32,000 nucleotides of DNA, taken from Acaryochloris marina MBIC11017. GTDB taxonomy: Bacteria > Cyanobacteriota > Cyanobacteriia > Thermosynechococcales > Thermosynechococcaceae. A model generated the notes under the pieces. That model was given only the letters and a program-made list of their open reading frames with translations. It was not told the origin of the DNA and searched no databases. The position numbers were made by a program, and so were the translations under genes. Each line of letters starts with the position of its first letter. Within the stretch, counting starts at the first letter, position 1. Location of the stretch: contig NC_009925.1 of assembly GCF_000018105.1 (NCBI RefSeq), positions 3,750,001-3,782,000 on the forward strand, read 5' to 3'. Positions 16,732 through 27,701 of this stretch are shown piece after piece.

Positions 16732-17838
16732 GAAGCGATTTGATTCTCCTGACGCAAGTACGCCTCAATAAAGTTATCTAGGGCGCCATCCATCACACTC
16801 TCAATAGCGGTGGTTTCTTGGTTGGTCCTTAAGTCCTTCACCATCTGGTAGGGATGAAACACATAGTTGCGAATTTGGTTGCCCCAGGCTGCTTCCACGG
16901 CATCACCGCGAATATCAGCAATCTCTTTGGCCTTCTGTTCTTGAGCAATCACCAACAGCTTGGCTTTCAGCAATGCCATCGCTTTTTCTTTGTTTTGCAG
17001 TTGCGATCGCTCCTGGGTACAGCGCACCGCTAACCCCGTCGGCACATGGACAATACGCACCGCCGTTTCCACTTTGTTAACGTTCTGGCCTCCCTTACCT
17101 CCGGATCGAGAGGTGGTAATTTCCAAATCCGTATCGGGAATATCAAGCTCCACCTCATGATCGAGTTGGGGCATGACTTCTATCCCAGCAAAACTGGTTT
17201 GCCGTTTGCCGTTGGCGTTAAACGGAGAAATACGGACCAAGCGATGCGTCCCTTTTTCCGCTTTCAGATAGCCATAGGCATAGCGTCCTTCCACTTCCAG
17301 GGTTGCTGATTTAATGCCAGCCTCGTCCCCTTCCGAGAGTTCTGCCAGATGCACCTTATACCCCTGGCGTTCTGACCAGCGGGTATACATGCGCAGCAGC
17401 ATTTCCGCCCAATCTTGGGCATCCGTCCCACCGGCTCCCGTATTGATGGTCAGTACAGCTCCCACCTTGTCATAGGGACCCGACAAGAGTTGCTGTAATT
17501 CCCATTGATCGAGCTGCTGATTGAGCTGCCTTAGGTTCCCTGCCGCTTCTTGTAAGAGGCCTGCATCTTCTTCGAGCTGCAGCAATTCGACTAAGGCTTC
17601 GGCATCGTCTAGGGTGCCTTGCCAGTCCTGCAGTTGGGTCAAATGGGCTTTAAGGTCGTTGAGATCCTGTAAAACCTTCTGAGCTTTTTCCTGTTCATCC
17701 CAGAACTCTGGCTGGGCTGCGAGTTGTTCAAGATCGTTGATTTGAGCATTGAGGGCAGGCAGGTCAAAGATACTCCTGAGTTTTACCCAGGCGCTCAGAT
17801 AACTGTTCGACTTCTCGCTTTAGCTCTAACACTTCCAT
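16728..17838 (-). CDS. prfB: peptide chain release factor 2, with programmed +1 frameshift (join 17838..17767, 17765..16728)
   Basis: SPF tripeptide ([15 protein letters not shown]) and GGQ motif ([11 protein letters not shown]). The 5' segment [24 protein letters not shown] ends at an in-frame TGA inside CTT TGA C. The +1 frame continues [15 protein letters not shown]..., contiguous with the 304-aa ORF. Confidence 0.93.
17763..17780 (-). promoter_or_regulatory. prfB autoregulatory +1 frameshift site
   Basis: Minus strand reads CTC AGG AGT ATC TTT GAC, i.e. an internal SD-like AGGAG, a 3-nt spacer (TAT), then the slippery CTT followed by TGA C. This is the same layout as the E. coli site AGGGGG TAT CTT TGA C. 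Confidence 0.9.
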
Positions 17839-18088
17839 AGCCAAGTTGTACTCAAAATACATTCCTGATTGTAGTGGATTCATCCCGAAGTTAACCGAAC
17901 CCTCGACATTGCTTGGACCCCGCTTCTCTAGGATGAGTGATGTACCCCTCGGCACCTTGGCAGCAACCCATGTTTAAGACATGATGAGGATTAAAGCTTC
18001 GGTAACTTTACAGGAGCCCCAGTCCTCTATCTCAAGCGATGTTGGTCAGAACCAAAGCATTCTCGGGCCAACAGGAGTGCAAGCTTCC

Positions 18089-18883
18089 ATGAAAATCATT
18101 GGCATCATTCTGATTGTTATCGGTATTATTCTGTTTTTTGTTTACTCCAATCTCAAACGTAAACTGGCGAGTTTGCGTCAGGCTCGGCCTGCTAGCATTG
18201 CGGAGCTGAACCATTTGGCCAGCGAGATTGCCCTAGAGATGGGCTCGGGGAGCTGGCGCGATTACGTCAAACTGAGGGGCACGATCCAATGTGACCAACC
18301 CTTAATATCCGAGCTTAAGCAAATGCCTTGTGTACATTACAACATGACAGTTGTTCGGGAGTATGAAGAGCAGGTAACGGAACGAGACAGTGATGACAAA
18401 GTGGTCACCAAGACCCAACGTGGCTCGGAAACCCTTTCGCAAAACCGTGAGTCTGTGCCTTTCTTTTTGCAAGATGATACGGGTGAAATTTGGGTAGAGC
18501 CTGAGGGGGCTCAAATTGAAACGGTGCGGGTGTTGGATGAATTTAGTCCAGAACAGCCCTCAGGAGGACAACTTTCGTTTGGTGGTTTTTCCTTATCCCT
18601 CAGCAGTGCAGAAACGGGTCGGCAGACGATCGGCTACCGCTATCAAGAGTCCGTATTACCGGTTCAGCGGCAAGTCTTTGTGGTGGCTCAGGTCAGCGAT
18701 TTCAACCAAAGCCTCGTCCTGGAAAATCCAACGACTAAAGGCCAACGATTTGTGATTTCCCTGAAGTCAGAGGAAGCCTTAGCCCAAACCACACAAACAT
18801 CAGTTACTTATGCTTTCTATGGCATGATTTCGACCCTAGTGGTTGGAGGATTGCTCGTAATCTTTGGGTTGCTCTCTGCTTAG
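18089..18883 (+). CDS. GIDE-domain (MUL1-like) membrane protein
   Basis: N-terminal TM (KIIGIILIVIGIILFFVY), a central beta-rich domain resembling bacterial GIDE proteins (LRGTIQCDQPLISEL....CVHY...V.REYE......) and a C-terminal TM. The ATG at 18089 has AGGAG 11 nt upstream. The longer 17981 start would add 36 non-hydrophobic residues. Confidence 0.65.
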   Translation: MKIIGIILIVIGIILFFVYSNLKRKLASLRQARPASIAELNHLASEIALEMGSGSWRDYVKLRGTIQCDQPLISELKQMPCVHYNMTVVREYEEQVTERDSDDKVVTKTQRGSETLSQNRESVPFFLQDDTGEIWVEPEGAQIETVRVLDEFSPEQPSGGQLSFGGFSLSLSSAETGRQTIGYRYQESVLPVQRQVFVVAQVSDFNQSLVLENPTTKGQRFVISLKSEEALAQTTQTSVTYAFYGMISTLVVGGLLVIFGLLSA

Positions 18884-18905
18884 GCAAGCGTGTAGCAACG
18901 AGGCC

Positions 18906-19577
18906 TTATCGGCCCCCTTCTTGGAGAATGACGCGGTTACCGCCAGCTCTTTGGGCTTGGCGGAGAGATTGTTCGGCGGCAGCGATGGAATTAACTGGAG
19001 ATAACTTTGGGGTTGGCACAATCGTCGCAATCCCCAAACTTAAGGTAATGGCTTGGTCTGGTAAAGGAGACGTCGGACTGTCTTTGAGCGCTTTGACCCG
19101 GAGCCGAATTTTCTTGGCGATACAGGCTGCTTCATCAATGGAGGTTTGAGGGAGCAGGACCGCGAAGGTATCGCCATGATAGCGGGCCAGCATATCTGTA
19201 GAGCGCTCAATATTGGCTTGAATGACTTTAATCACTTGTCCAATATAGGTATTGCAGGCTGAGTCACCATATTGTCGGCGCAAGCGGTCAAAGTCATCTA
19301 CTTCACATAGAAACAGAGATAAAGGCTGTCGGTCTTGCTCCAAGCGTTGCCAGATACTATCTAGTCGGGTGTCAAAATGAGAACGAAGTGAGACTTGCAC
19401 CACACTTTTGCGAGTCCATCGCTGCTTCACTTGCCGATAGAGACGGGTGGGCTGAAGGGTTTGCCATAATCTCAGGGGCAATGATGTCAGCGCAAAAGCC
19501 TTGGGTTGCTGCAACGGTTCAAATGAATCTGTTGGTTTTGACAAATCATTCGAGTAAAAAGGAGGTTGAAAAGACAC
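18906..19577 (-). CDS. stand-alone GGDEF-domain protein with a degenerate active site (HGDTF) and a retained RxxD I-site
   Basis: LSLFLCEVDDFDRLRRQYGDSACNTYIGQVIKVI...RSTDMLARYHGDTFAVLLPQTS...ITLSLGIA. The GG(D/E)EF motif reads HGDTF, and the YGH..GD motif reads YGDSACN. RSTD lies exactly 5 residues upstream of the degenerate motif. The start is GTG, so the N-terminus is uncertain. Confidence 0.8.
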   Translation of the reverse strand: MSFQPPFYSNDLSKPTDSFEPLQQPKAFALTSLPLRLWQTLQPTRLYRQVKQRWTRKSVVQVSLRSHFDTRLDSIWQRLEQDRQPLSLFLCEVDDFDRLRRQYGDSACNTYIGQVIKVIQANIERSTDMLARYHGDTFAVLLPQTSIDEAACIAKKIRLRVKALKDSPTSPLPDQAITLSLGIATIVPTPKLSPVNSIAAAEQSLRQAQRAGGNRVILQEGGR

Positions 19578-20343
19578 TCTGGTACTCCATAGAGCTGAAT
19601 CGAAGCTGAATCGCCAACTTCCTCATCATTTGGATAAAGGTGACCAGGTATCTTTCTTCAAAGAGAACCTAGTATCTATGACCTTTCTCCCCTAAGGCCA
19701 TAGAAACCGTTGACTCGCAGTTAGCAATATCAACGTGCATATCGAGGAAGAACCGATTCTAAACGGTCTGAAAGCTATAAGGAATGGCTGTTTAATAGCC
19801 AAAGACGTAGTATTACGACTAAAAATGCAAATCTATCTTAGCGCAACAACGGCTGAAGTTTGATAATTCCTGTGACAAAAGTTTTTGATGGCCAATTTTA
19901 TTCATTCTGGTGAAAAATGACTTGTCCTAAGAAGGATTAAATCTTGATGATCGGCTTTTGTAGTATTTTGTAGTATAATTAATTATGATTGTCTTAAGCT
20001 TTGCAAAATCAACATGGTTAAGCATATTTACACCTGGATAATGCCCAAAAATGAGCAAGATAGTAACAATATGTAGAAAAATCCTGATAATCAATGTTAA
20101 CGGTCATTTAAGGCCTGCTAGCGTTACTAGTTAAAGATAGCTATACACTCTAAACTGGATCGCCGATACGAAGATTAGATAAGTATGCATTTCCTACATG
20201 GATATTTGTGGCTCTTCTGACCCTATAAAGCTAATAGAATGCCTTGAATGTAGAAAAATCTCAATATTTTCAGTTCTATACTTATTTATTTCAACCATCA
20301 GCCTGAGCCTCCAAGAAATAGATCAATTAGTTAGTAGAAAAAG

Positions 20344-20784
20344 ATGGCAATTTACTTCTATTCAAGTAGAGAGAAGCCCTATGGTTGTTTTTCTAATTTT
20401 TCAGCCCATGGGTTGACCCTAGATGGCGTTTGGTGGCCGACGAGTGAACATTATTTCCAAGCTCAAAAATTTGTAGGCACTCCCCATGCGGACCAAATCC
20501 GTCAGGTGAAATTGCCTAAGGATGCGGCTCGCCTAGGAAGACAGCGGACTCGGCCCCTACGGCCTGACTGGGAAGCCGTAAAAGATGATGTCATGCGTCA
20601 AGCGGTGCTGTGTAAATTTGAGACCCATGCAGATATTCAAGACATTTTATTGTCAACGGGTAATCAAGACTTGGTTGAGAATGCTCCTGGAGATTATTAC
20701 TGGGGCTGTGGTCAGAATGGCACAGGTAAAAATATGCTAGGGAAAATTTTGATGGAAGTGCGAGAGAGATTGCGGGCGGGTTAG
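20344..20784 (+). CDS. NADAR-family (YbiA-like, DUF1768) protein
   Basis: IYFY......YG.FSNFS.H...LDG..WPTSEHYFQAQKF.......IR....P..AA..GR.......DWE..K..VM..A...KF..H......LL.TG...LVE.AP.D.YWG.G..G.G.N.LGK.LM is the full NADAR signature. Confidence 0.85.
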   Translation: MAIYFYSSREKPYGCFSNFSAHGLTLDGVWWPTSEHYFQAQKFVGTPHADQIRQVKLPKDAARLGRQRTRPLRPDWEAVKDDVMRQAVLCKFETHADIQDILLSTGNQDLVENAPGDYYWGCGQNGTGKNMLGKILMEVRERLRAG

Positions 20785-20804
20785 CGCGATGGCGGCTTGA
20801 GGTG

Positions 20805-21641
20805 ATGAAATTAATCCTGTTTGAAGATGCTGTAACGTTTTGCGATCGCACCCAACCTTACTTATTGCACTATCCAGCTGAACATAATCTGCTGCTGGGG
20901 ATTCAAAGTGCTCTGGTGCGGGTGCCAGAAGCGTTTACCACGTCCCCCGATCTATTTTTGGTGGAATCGGCAGGAGAGATTCAGGCCGTGGGGATGCGGA
21001 CCCCTCCTTATAATTTGGTGTTGTCGAAGGTCCAGGACTTAGGTGCTGTCGACATCATTGCCGACTATTTTCAGCAGGTTGAGACTACTTTAGCCGGTAT
21101 CAATAGTTTTGTCGGTGAAGCTCAAGCCTTTTCTCAGGTGTGGCAGTCCCACACGGGACAATCCAGCACATTAAAGATGCACTTGCGGATTCACCAATTG
21201 ACCCAAGTCCATCGACCAATGTCGGTTCAAGGCTATTTCCGGAAGGCAACGAGACGAGATCGCAAACAGCTGTTGGAATGGTCAGAGGCGTTTTCTCTGG
21301 AAACCTTTGGTGCCCTGGAAACGGATATCGAACGCATTCTGGACTTACAGCTCAAACGTCAAAACCTGTATGTGTGGTGCGATCGCAAACAGGTCTCGAT
21401 GGTGGTAGGACGGGTGTCTCAACCAGGAGGGGGCCGCATTGGCCCAGTCTATACGCCCCCAGACTGTCGGCGACGGGGATATGCAACGGCCTGTGTCGCT
21501 GCCGTGAGCCAAATGCTGCTCGATCGCGGTGCCCAGCGCTGCTGCCTATTTACTGATATTACGAATCCGACGTCTAACCATATCTATCATACCATTGGGT
21601 ATGAAGCCGTTTGTGACTGGTATGACTATCGTTTTGCCTAA
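20805..21641 (+). CDS. GNAT-family N-acetyltransferase (two-lobed, about 280 aa)
   Basis: C-terminal acetyl-CoA motif A (PDCRRRGYATACVAAVSQMLLDRG) and the ...NPTSNHIYHTIGY block. 20 nt downstream of the NADAR stop. GAGG Shine-Dalgarno sequence before ATG 20805. Confidence 0.8.
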   Translation: MKLILFEDAVTFCDRTQPYLLHYPAEHNLLLGIQSALVRVPEAFTTSPDLFLVESAGEIQAVGMRTPPYNLVLSKVQDLGAVDIIADYFQQVETTLAGINSFVGEAQAFSQVWQSHTGQSSTLKMHLRIHQLTQVHRPMSVQGYFRKATRRDRKQLLEWSEAFSLETFGALETDIERILDLQLKRQNLYVWCDRKQVSMVVGRVSQPGGGRIGPVYTPPDCRRRGYATACVAAVSQMLLDRGAQRCCLFTDITNPTSNHIYHTIGYEAVCDWYDYRFA

Positions 21642-21709
21642 CGAGCTGTTTGAGAGCCTTGGCTTTTAATAGGTTGGGTTCTGAATGGCAGTCTGAATGG
21701 GTAGATAGC

Positions 21710-22135
21710 CTATTCATCGGTGTGACAGCATTCGCAATAGCCATGCACGGTAATCTCATAGCTCTTCACCTGCAGCCCTGAACGTAATCCCTGAAAATTG
21801 GGTGTCTGGAATTGTTCCCAGGGAATATCTTCCACTTCACCGCAAGACTGACATCGAAAATGGTGGTGGGGGTCAATATTGGCGTCATAACGACAAACGC
21901 CTTCTTCCAAGAGCACCTCTCGTACTAACCCCACATCTCTTAAGGCCTGAAGGGTTTTATAGATCGTGGCCTGAGAAGAGGTGGGCGCCTCTTGATTTAA
22001 ATCGCTCAAAAGTTGTTCTGCAGTGGGATGATCAGAACGGGCCAGTAAATCTGCATAGACGGCAAACCGTTGAGGGGTGACTCTTACCCCTTTGGCCTTC
22101 AGGGTTTGGATAATACTATCCGCTTGTCGTTGCAT
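21710..22135 (-). CDS. perR: Fur-family transcriptional regulator, PerR-like
   Basis: G.RVTPQR..V...L......HPTAEQL.........S.ATIYKTL..L...GLV..........YD.....HHHF.C..CG...D plus a C-terminal CxxC (CECC). Divergent from katG. ATG 22135 is preceded by GGAGGAGG. The ORF-track start at 22150 is a TTG. Confidence 0.8.
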   Translation of the reverse strand: MQRQADSIIQTLKAKGVRVTPQRFAVYADLLARSDHPTAEQLLSDLNQEAPTSSQATIYKTLQALRDVGLVREVLLEEGVCRYDANIDPHHHFRCQSCGEVEDIPWEQFQTPNFQGLRSGLQVKSYEITVHGYCECCHTDE

Positions 22136-22259
22136 GTATACCTCCTCCAATGTGCCAACCTCATACGGTTGGAGACATCTGGTTTTCAGCGACCTTAGTA
22201 CCTAAACTAGCACTCTAAGATACGAGTCGTCCATTTTTAGAATTCACTCATACAACTAA

Positions 22260-24728
<2,469 letters not shown>

Positions 24729-24766
24729 TCTTGATCGAGCTTTCGTCTTAGGTGAAAGACTCTGAT

Positions 24767-24807
24767 TTTACGGTCCTGTAGGAGAGATTCTTGCAGGACT
24801 GTAAAAC
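24767..24807. terminator. stem-loop between convergent katG and usp genes (possible bidirectional terminator)
   Basis: TTTTACGGTCCTG (24767-24779) pairs with CAGGACTGTAAAA (24795-24807): 13 bp including one G-U pair, with a 15-nt loop. The U/A tracts are part of the stem rather than trailing it. Confidence 0.45.
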
Positions 24808-24853
24808 AACGGGTTGACTAAAACTTTTATAGAGATTGGGAAAGACCTGCACC

Positions 24854-25717
24854 CTACCGGAACAGAAGCACAGGCACTTGCACACTTCTCAATAGCTGAA
24901 CTGTGGTACTACCGATCACAAGGTGGCGAATGCGGCGATGACCGTAGGCCCCCATCAGCAACAGACTGATTTGGTGTTGTTCGATATAGTCAGCAATCAC
25001 CTTTTCAGGGGCTCCTGCAGAGAGGGTGGTCGATACCGTCAGTCCAGCCTGTTGCAGAGTCTCTTCGGCATCGGCTAACTCTTGCGATCGCACCGCATCG
25101 GACTCTTTCTTGGCTACCGTCAGTAGATGAATCTCCAGATCCTTAAACCCTGGGGCACTGTCCACTAAGAAATCCAGGACTCGCTTCCCCGTGGGGCTGC
25201 CGTCATACGCCACCAGCAGCTTTTCAATCGGCGCAAAGGTTTGGGGGGTGACCAGGCACGGCTTCGCACTGCTGCGAACAATGCGATCGACATTGGCTCC
25301 CAGGTGACCTGAGGCAAACTCTGCTGCTTCTCCCCGTTTACCCAAGACAATCAGGTCAGATTCGGCCTCAAAATCATGGAAGCAGTCTACTAGAAAGCCC
25401 GTGGGGTTAAGCAGTTCTAGGTTACTGAGGCCTTCTGCCTTGAGAACTTGCTCTGCATTTTGCAAAATCAACTTGGCCCGTTGTTTGTTGAGTTTAGCTT
25501 TTTCATGCTCTAAGTTCACCAACTCGTTTAAGAGCTGCTCGGATGCTCCCAGGCCAATACTGCCGCTCAAATTGCCGGTAGAAACCACCTTTTGGCGAAT
25601 ATCGCTAACAAACAGAACTTTCATTTGAGCCTGAAATTGGTGGGCAAACCAGGCTCCATATTTATAAATGCCGTCTGCAAAAGCAGACCCATCGGAGCAG
25701 AGAAGAATGGTTTTCAT
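24854..25717 (-). CDS. universal stress protein (tandem USP domains)
   Basis: Two USP halves: KTILLCSDGS...DLIVLGKRG and IEKLLVAYDGS...SLLLMGAYGH.R....IGSTT..LL....VPVLL. Confidence 0.85.
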   Translation of the reverse strand: MKTILLCSDGSAFADGIYKYGAWFAHQFQAQMKVLFVSDIRQKVVSTGNLSGSIGLGASEQLLNELVNLEHEKAKLNKQRAKLILQNAEQVLKAEGLSNLELLNPTGFLVDCFHDFEAESDLIVLGKRGEAAEFASGHLGANVDRIVRSSAKPCLVTPQTFAPIEKLLVAYDGSPTGKRVLDFLVDSAPGFKDLEIHLLTVAKKESDAVRSQELADAEETLQQAGLTVSTTLSAGAPEKVIADYIEQHQISLLLMGAYGHRRIRHLVIGSTTVQLLRSVQVPVLLFR

Positions 25718-25756
25718 ACAGGTGATTTCCCTAAAAGATGGCGGGCAGGTGTAGCA

Positions 25757-27250
25757 CTAAGATGGGTCGTTGGAGATCAGTTCTTCGTCTGTAGCCAAGC
25801 GATTGAGAAGTGTAGAGCTTGCTTCGTTCAGGCCCACCACATTGACTTCGACCCCTTGACGGCGAAACTTCTGAACGGCTTTATCGAGCATTTCTACCGC
25901 CCCTTGGTCCCAGAGGTGAGCATGGGTAAGGTCAATGGTGACCTGCTCGACCAGCTCAGCAAAGTTAAAGGAGGCCATAAATTCGTCCCGAGACAGAAAG
26001 AAAATCTGCCCAGACACTTTATAGACCCGGTGAGCCCCGTCGTCCAGCATCACCTGATCCACTAACACTAACTGGGCAATCTTGCGGGAGAAAAATACCG
26101 TACTCATAACGATGCCTGTGGCGACCCCAAGGGCGAAGTTGCGGGTGAAAATAATCACAAACATCGTCGTCAGCATGACCACAACTTCACTACGGGGAAC
26201 CCGAGGAATATTGGTGAAGGAAGACCAGCGGAAGGTACCAATGGACACCATAATCATCACCGCCACAAGAGCAGCCATGGGCATCTGTCTCACCCAGTCC
26301 TGCAAGAACAGAATCGCCCCCAGCAAAAAGATGCCCGCTGCCAGACTAGACAGACGACCTCGGCCCCCAGACTGGACATTAATCACGGACTGACCAATCA
26401 TGCCGCACCCTGCCATGCCGCCAAAGAAGGCCGTCACCATATTGGCGACCCCTTGACCTTTGGCCTCTTGGTTTTTGTCGCTAGGGGTGTCGGTCAAATC
26501 ATCTACTAGAGAGGCGGTGAGGAAAGATGCCAACAGCCCGACAATGGCGAGGGTTAGAGAATAGGGCAGGATAATATTGAAGGTCTCAAGGTTGAAAGGG
26601 ACTTGAGGTAAGGCAAAGAGGGGTGGTGTTGTGGGCAGCTCGCCCATGTCGCCGACGGTGGGCACATCCAGGCGCAAGGCAATGGCTGCAATGGTCATCA
26701 CTGCTAAGGCGACCAGGGGTGACGGTACCGCCTTGGTAAAGCGAGGCAGGATATAGATAATCCCCAAAGAAAGCACGGTGAGGACATAAACCGTGGGCGG
26801 CACGTTTGTTAGCTGGGGAAGCTGGGCCATAAAAATTAGGACAGCTAGGGCATTGATGTAGCCAATCATGACCGCTCGGGGCACAAATTTCATTTGCCGA
26901 CCCAGTTGGAGGATTCCAAAGATGACCTGGAAAATGCCGGTCAAAAAGGTGGCCGCCAGCAAATATTGCAGCCCATGTTCTTTGACTAAATCCACCATCA
27001 GCAGGGCCATAGCTCCAGTGGCGGCTGAAATAGATCCCGGTCGTCCGCCCAGGAACGAAGTAATCACGGCAATAATAAAGGAGGCATAGAGCCCCACCTT
27101 GGGATCCACCCCAGCAATGATCGAAAATGCGATCGCTTCCGGTATCAGTGCTAGTCCGACCACAGCCCCGGACAGCAAATCGGCCTTGGGATTAACCAAC
27201 CACTCCCGTTTAAGAGCACGCCAGTTGAGATTGAGATTGGGAATGTTCAA
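25757..27250 (-). CDS. SulP-family inorganic anion transporter with C-terminal STAS domain
   Basis: [32 protein letters not shown]..., multiple TM segments and a C-terminal STAS-like domain ([11 protein letters not shown]...F...F........VTIDL...[12 protein letters not shown]). TTG start. A USP gene follows 39 nt downstream. Confidence 0.9.
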   Translation of the reverse strand: MNIPNLNLNWRALKREWLVNPKADLLSGAVVGLALIPEAIAFSIIAGVDPKVGLYASFIIAVITSFLGGRPGSISAATGAMALLMVDLVKEHGLQYLLAATFLTGIFQVIFGILQLGRQMKFVPRAVMIGYINALAVLIFMAQLPQLTNVPPTVYVLTVLSLGIIYILPRFTKAVPSPLVALAVMTIAAIALRLDVPTVGDMGELPTTPPLFALPQVPFNLETFNIILPYSLTLAIVGLLASFLTASLVDDLTDTPSDKNQEAKGQGVANMVTAFFGGMAGCGMIGQSVINVQSGGRGRLSSLAAGIFLLGAILFLQDWVRQMPMAALVAVMIMVSIGTFRWSSFTNIPRVPRSEVVVMLTTMFVIIFTRNFALGVATGIVMSTVFFSRKIAQLVLVDQVMLDDGAHRVYKVSGQIFFLSRDEFMASFNFAELVEQVTIDLTHAHLWDQGAVEMLDKAVQKFRRQGVEVNVVGLNEASSTLLNRLATDEELISNDPS

Positions 27251-27533
27251 GGGGTCTCCTTAAGCCTGAAAATGTGAATCTGGATAAGTGGGAAAAATGT
27301 TGGTCAGCCTTGAGGGCAAATGGGTCTCTAGGTTAAATCTTTAAGTGGATCGATGGAATAGCTGTAGCGGGATGTACCTCAGCCAAGGGATGCTAGTCCT
27401 CGCCCATTCCTGTTAATGGGATTGCAGATGCCTTTGCTGTCACAAACCAGACGAGTGGTTTGCCCATGTTCTGGAGGGTGTTTGAAGGAGAACACCATCG
27501 CATGTGAGCAAATTTACTTAAGATTTTTTTAAT

Positions 27534-27555
27534 ATATGCCTATCTAAAGGCATAT
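27534..27555. promoter_or_regulatory. 8-6-8 perfect inverted repeat (candidate operator)
   Basis: ATATGCCT-atctaa-AGGCATAT in the divergent SulP / PhnD-like intergenic region. There is no trailing T-run in either orientation, so it is not terminator-like. Confidence 0.3.
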
Positions 27556-27701
27556 CGGCGGCAGTGTCCAGGGGTAAAAAGAGACGATGCCACGATTCAT
27601 CTTGAGACCGTTGGCTAGGTAATTGCAAAGAACCGTATGGCGATTGCCTTCCTGCTGTACCCTTAACAAGTGTTGGTTATTTGCTCTTGGACTTCAGCGA
27701 T

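Noticed and set aside
17839-17955. Upstream extension of the prfB 5' ORF (MPRGTSLILEKRG...).
   Set aside because: RF2 N-termini begin close to the coiled-coil ([10 protein letters not shown]...), and the extension is not RF2-like. Using ATG 17838 gives a normal RF2 length.
25592-26393. Plus-strand ORFs (157 aa and 103 aa) antisense to the USP/SulP genes, and similar antisense ORFs inside katG, the IS701 transposase and the ABC genes.
   Set aside because: They are shadow ORFs opposite well-supported genes and have no motifs.
27443-27462. Hairpin with loop GACGAG (contains ACGA) that recalled a guanidine-II (mini-ykkC) hairpin.
   Set aside because: Only one such hairpin is present, the stem is AT-rich, the second ACGR hairpin is missing, and the downstream genes are not guanidine-related.
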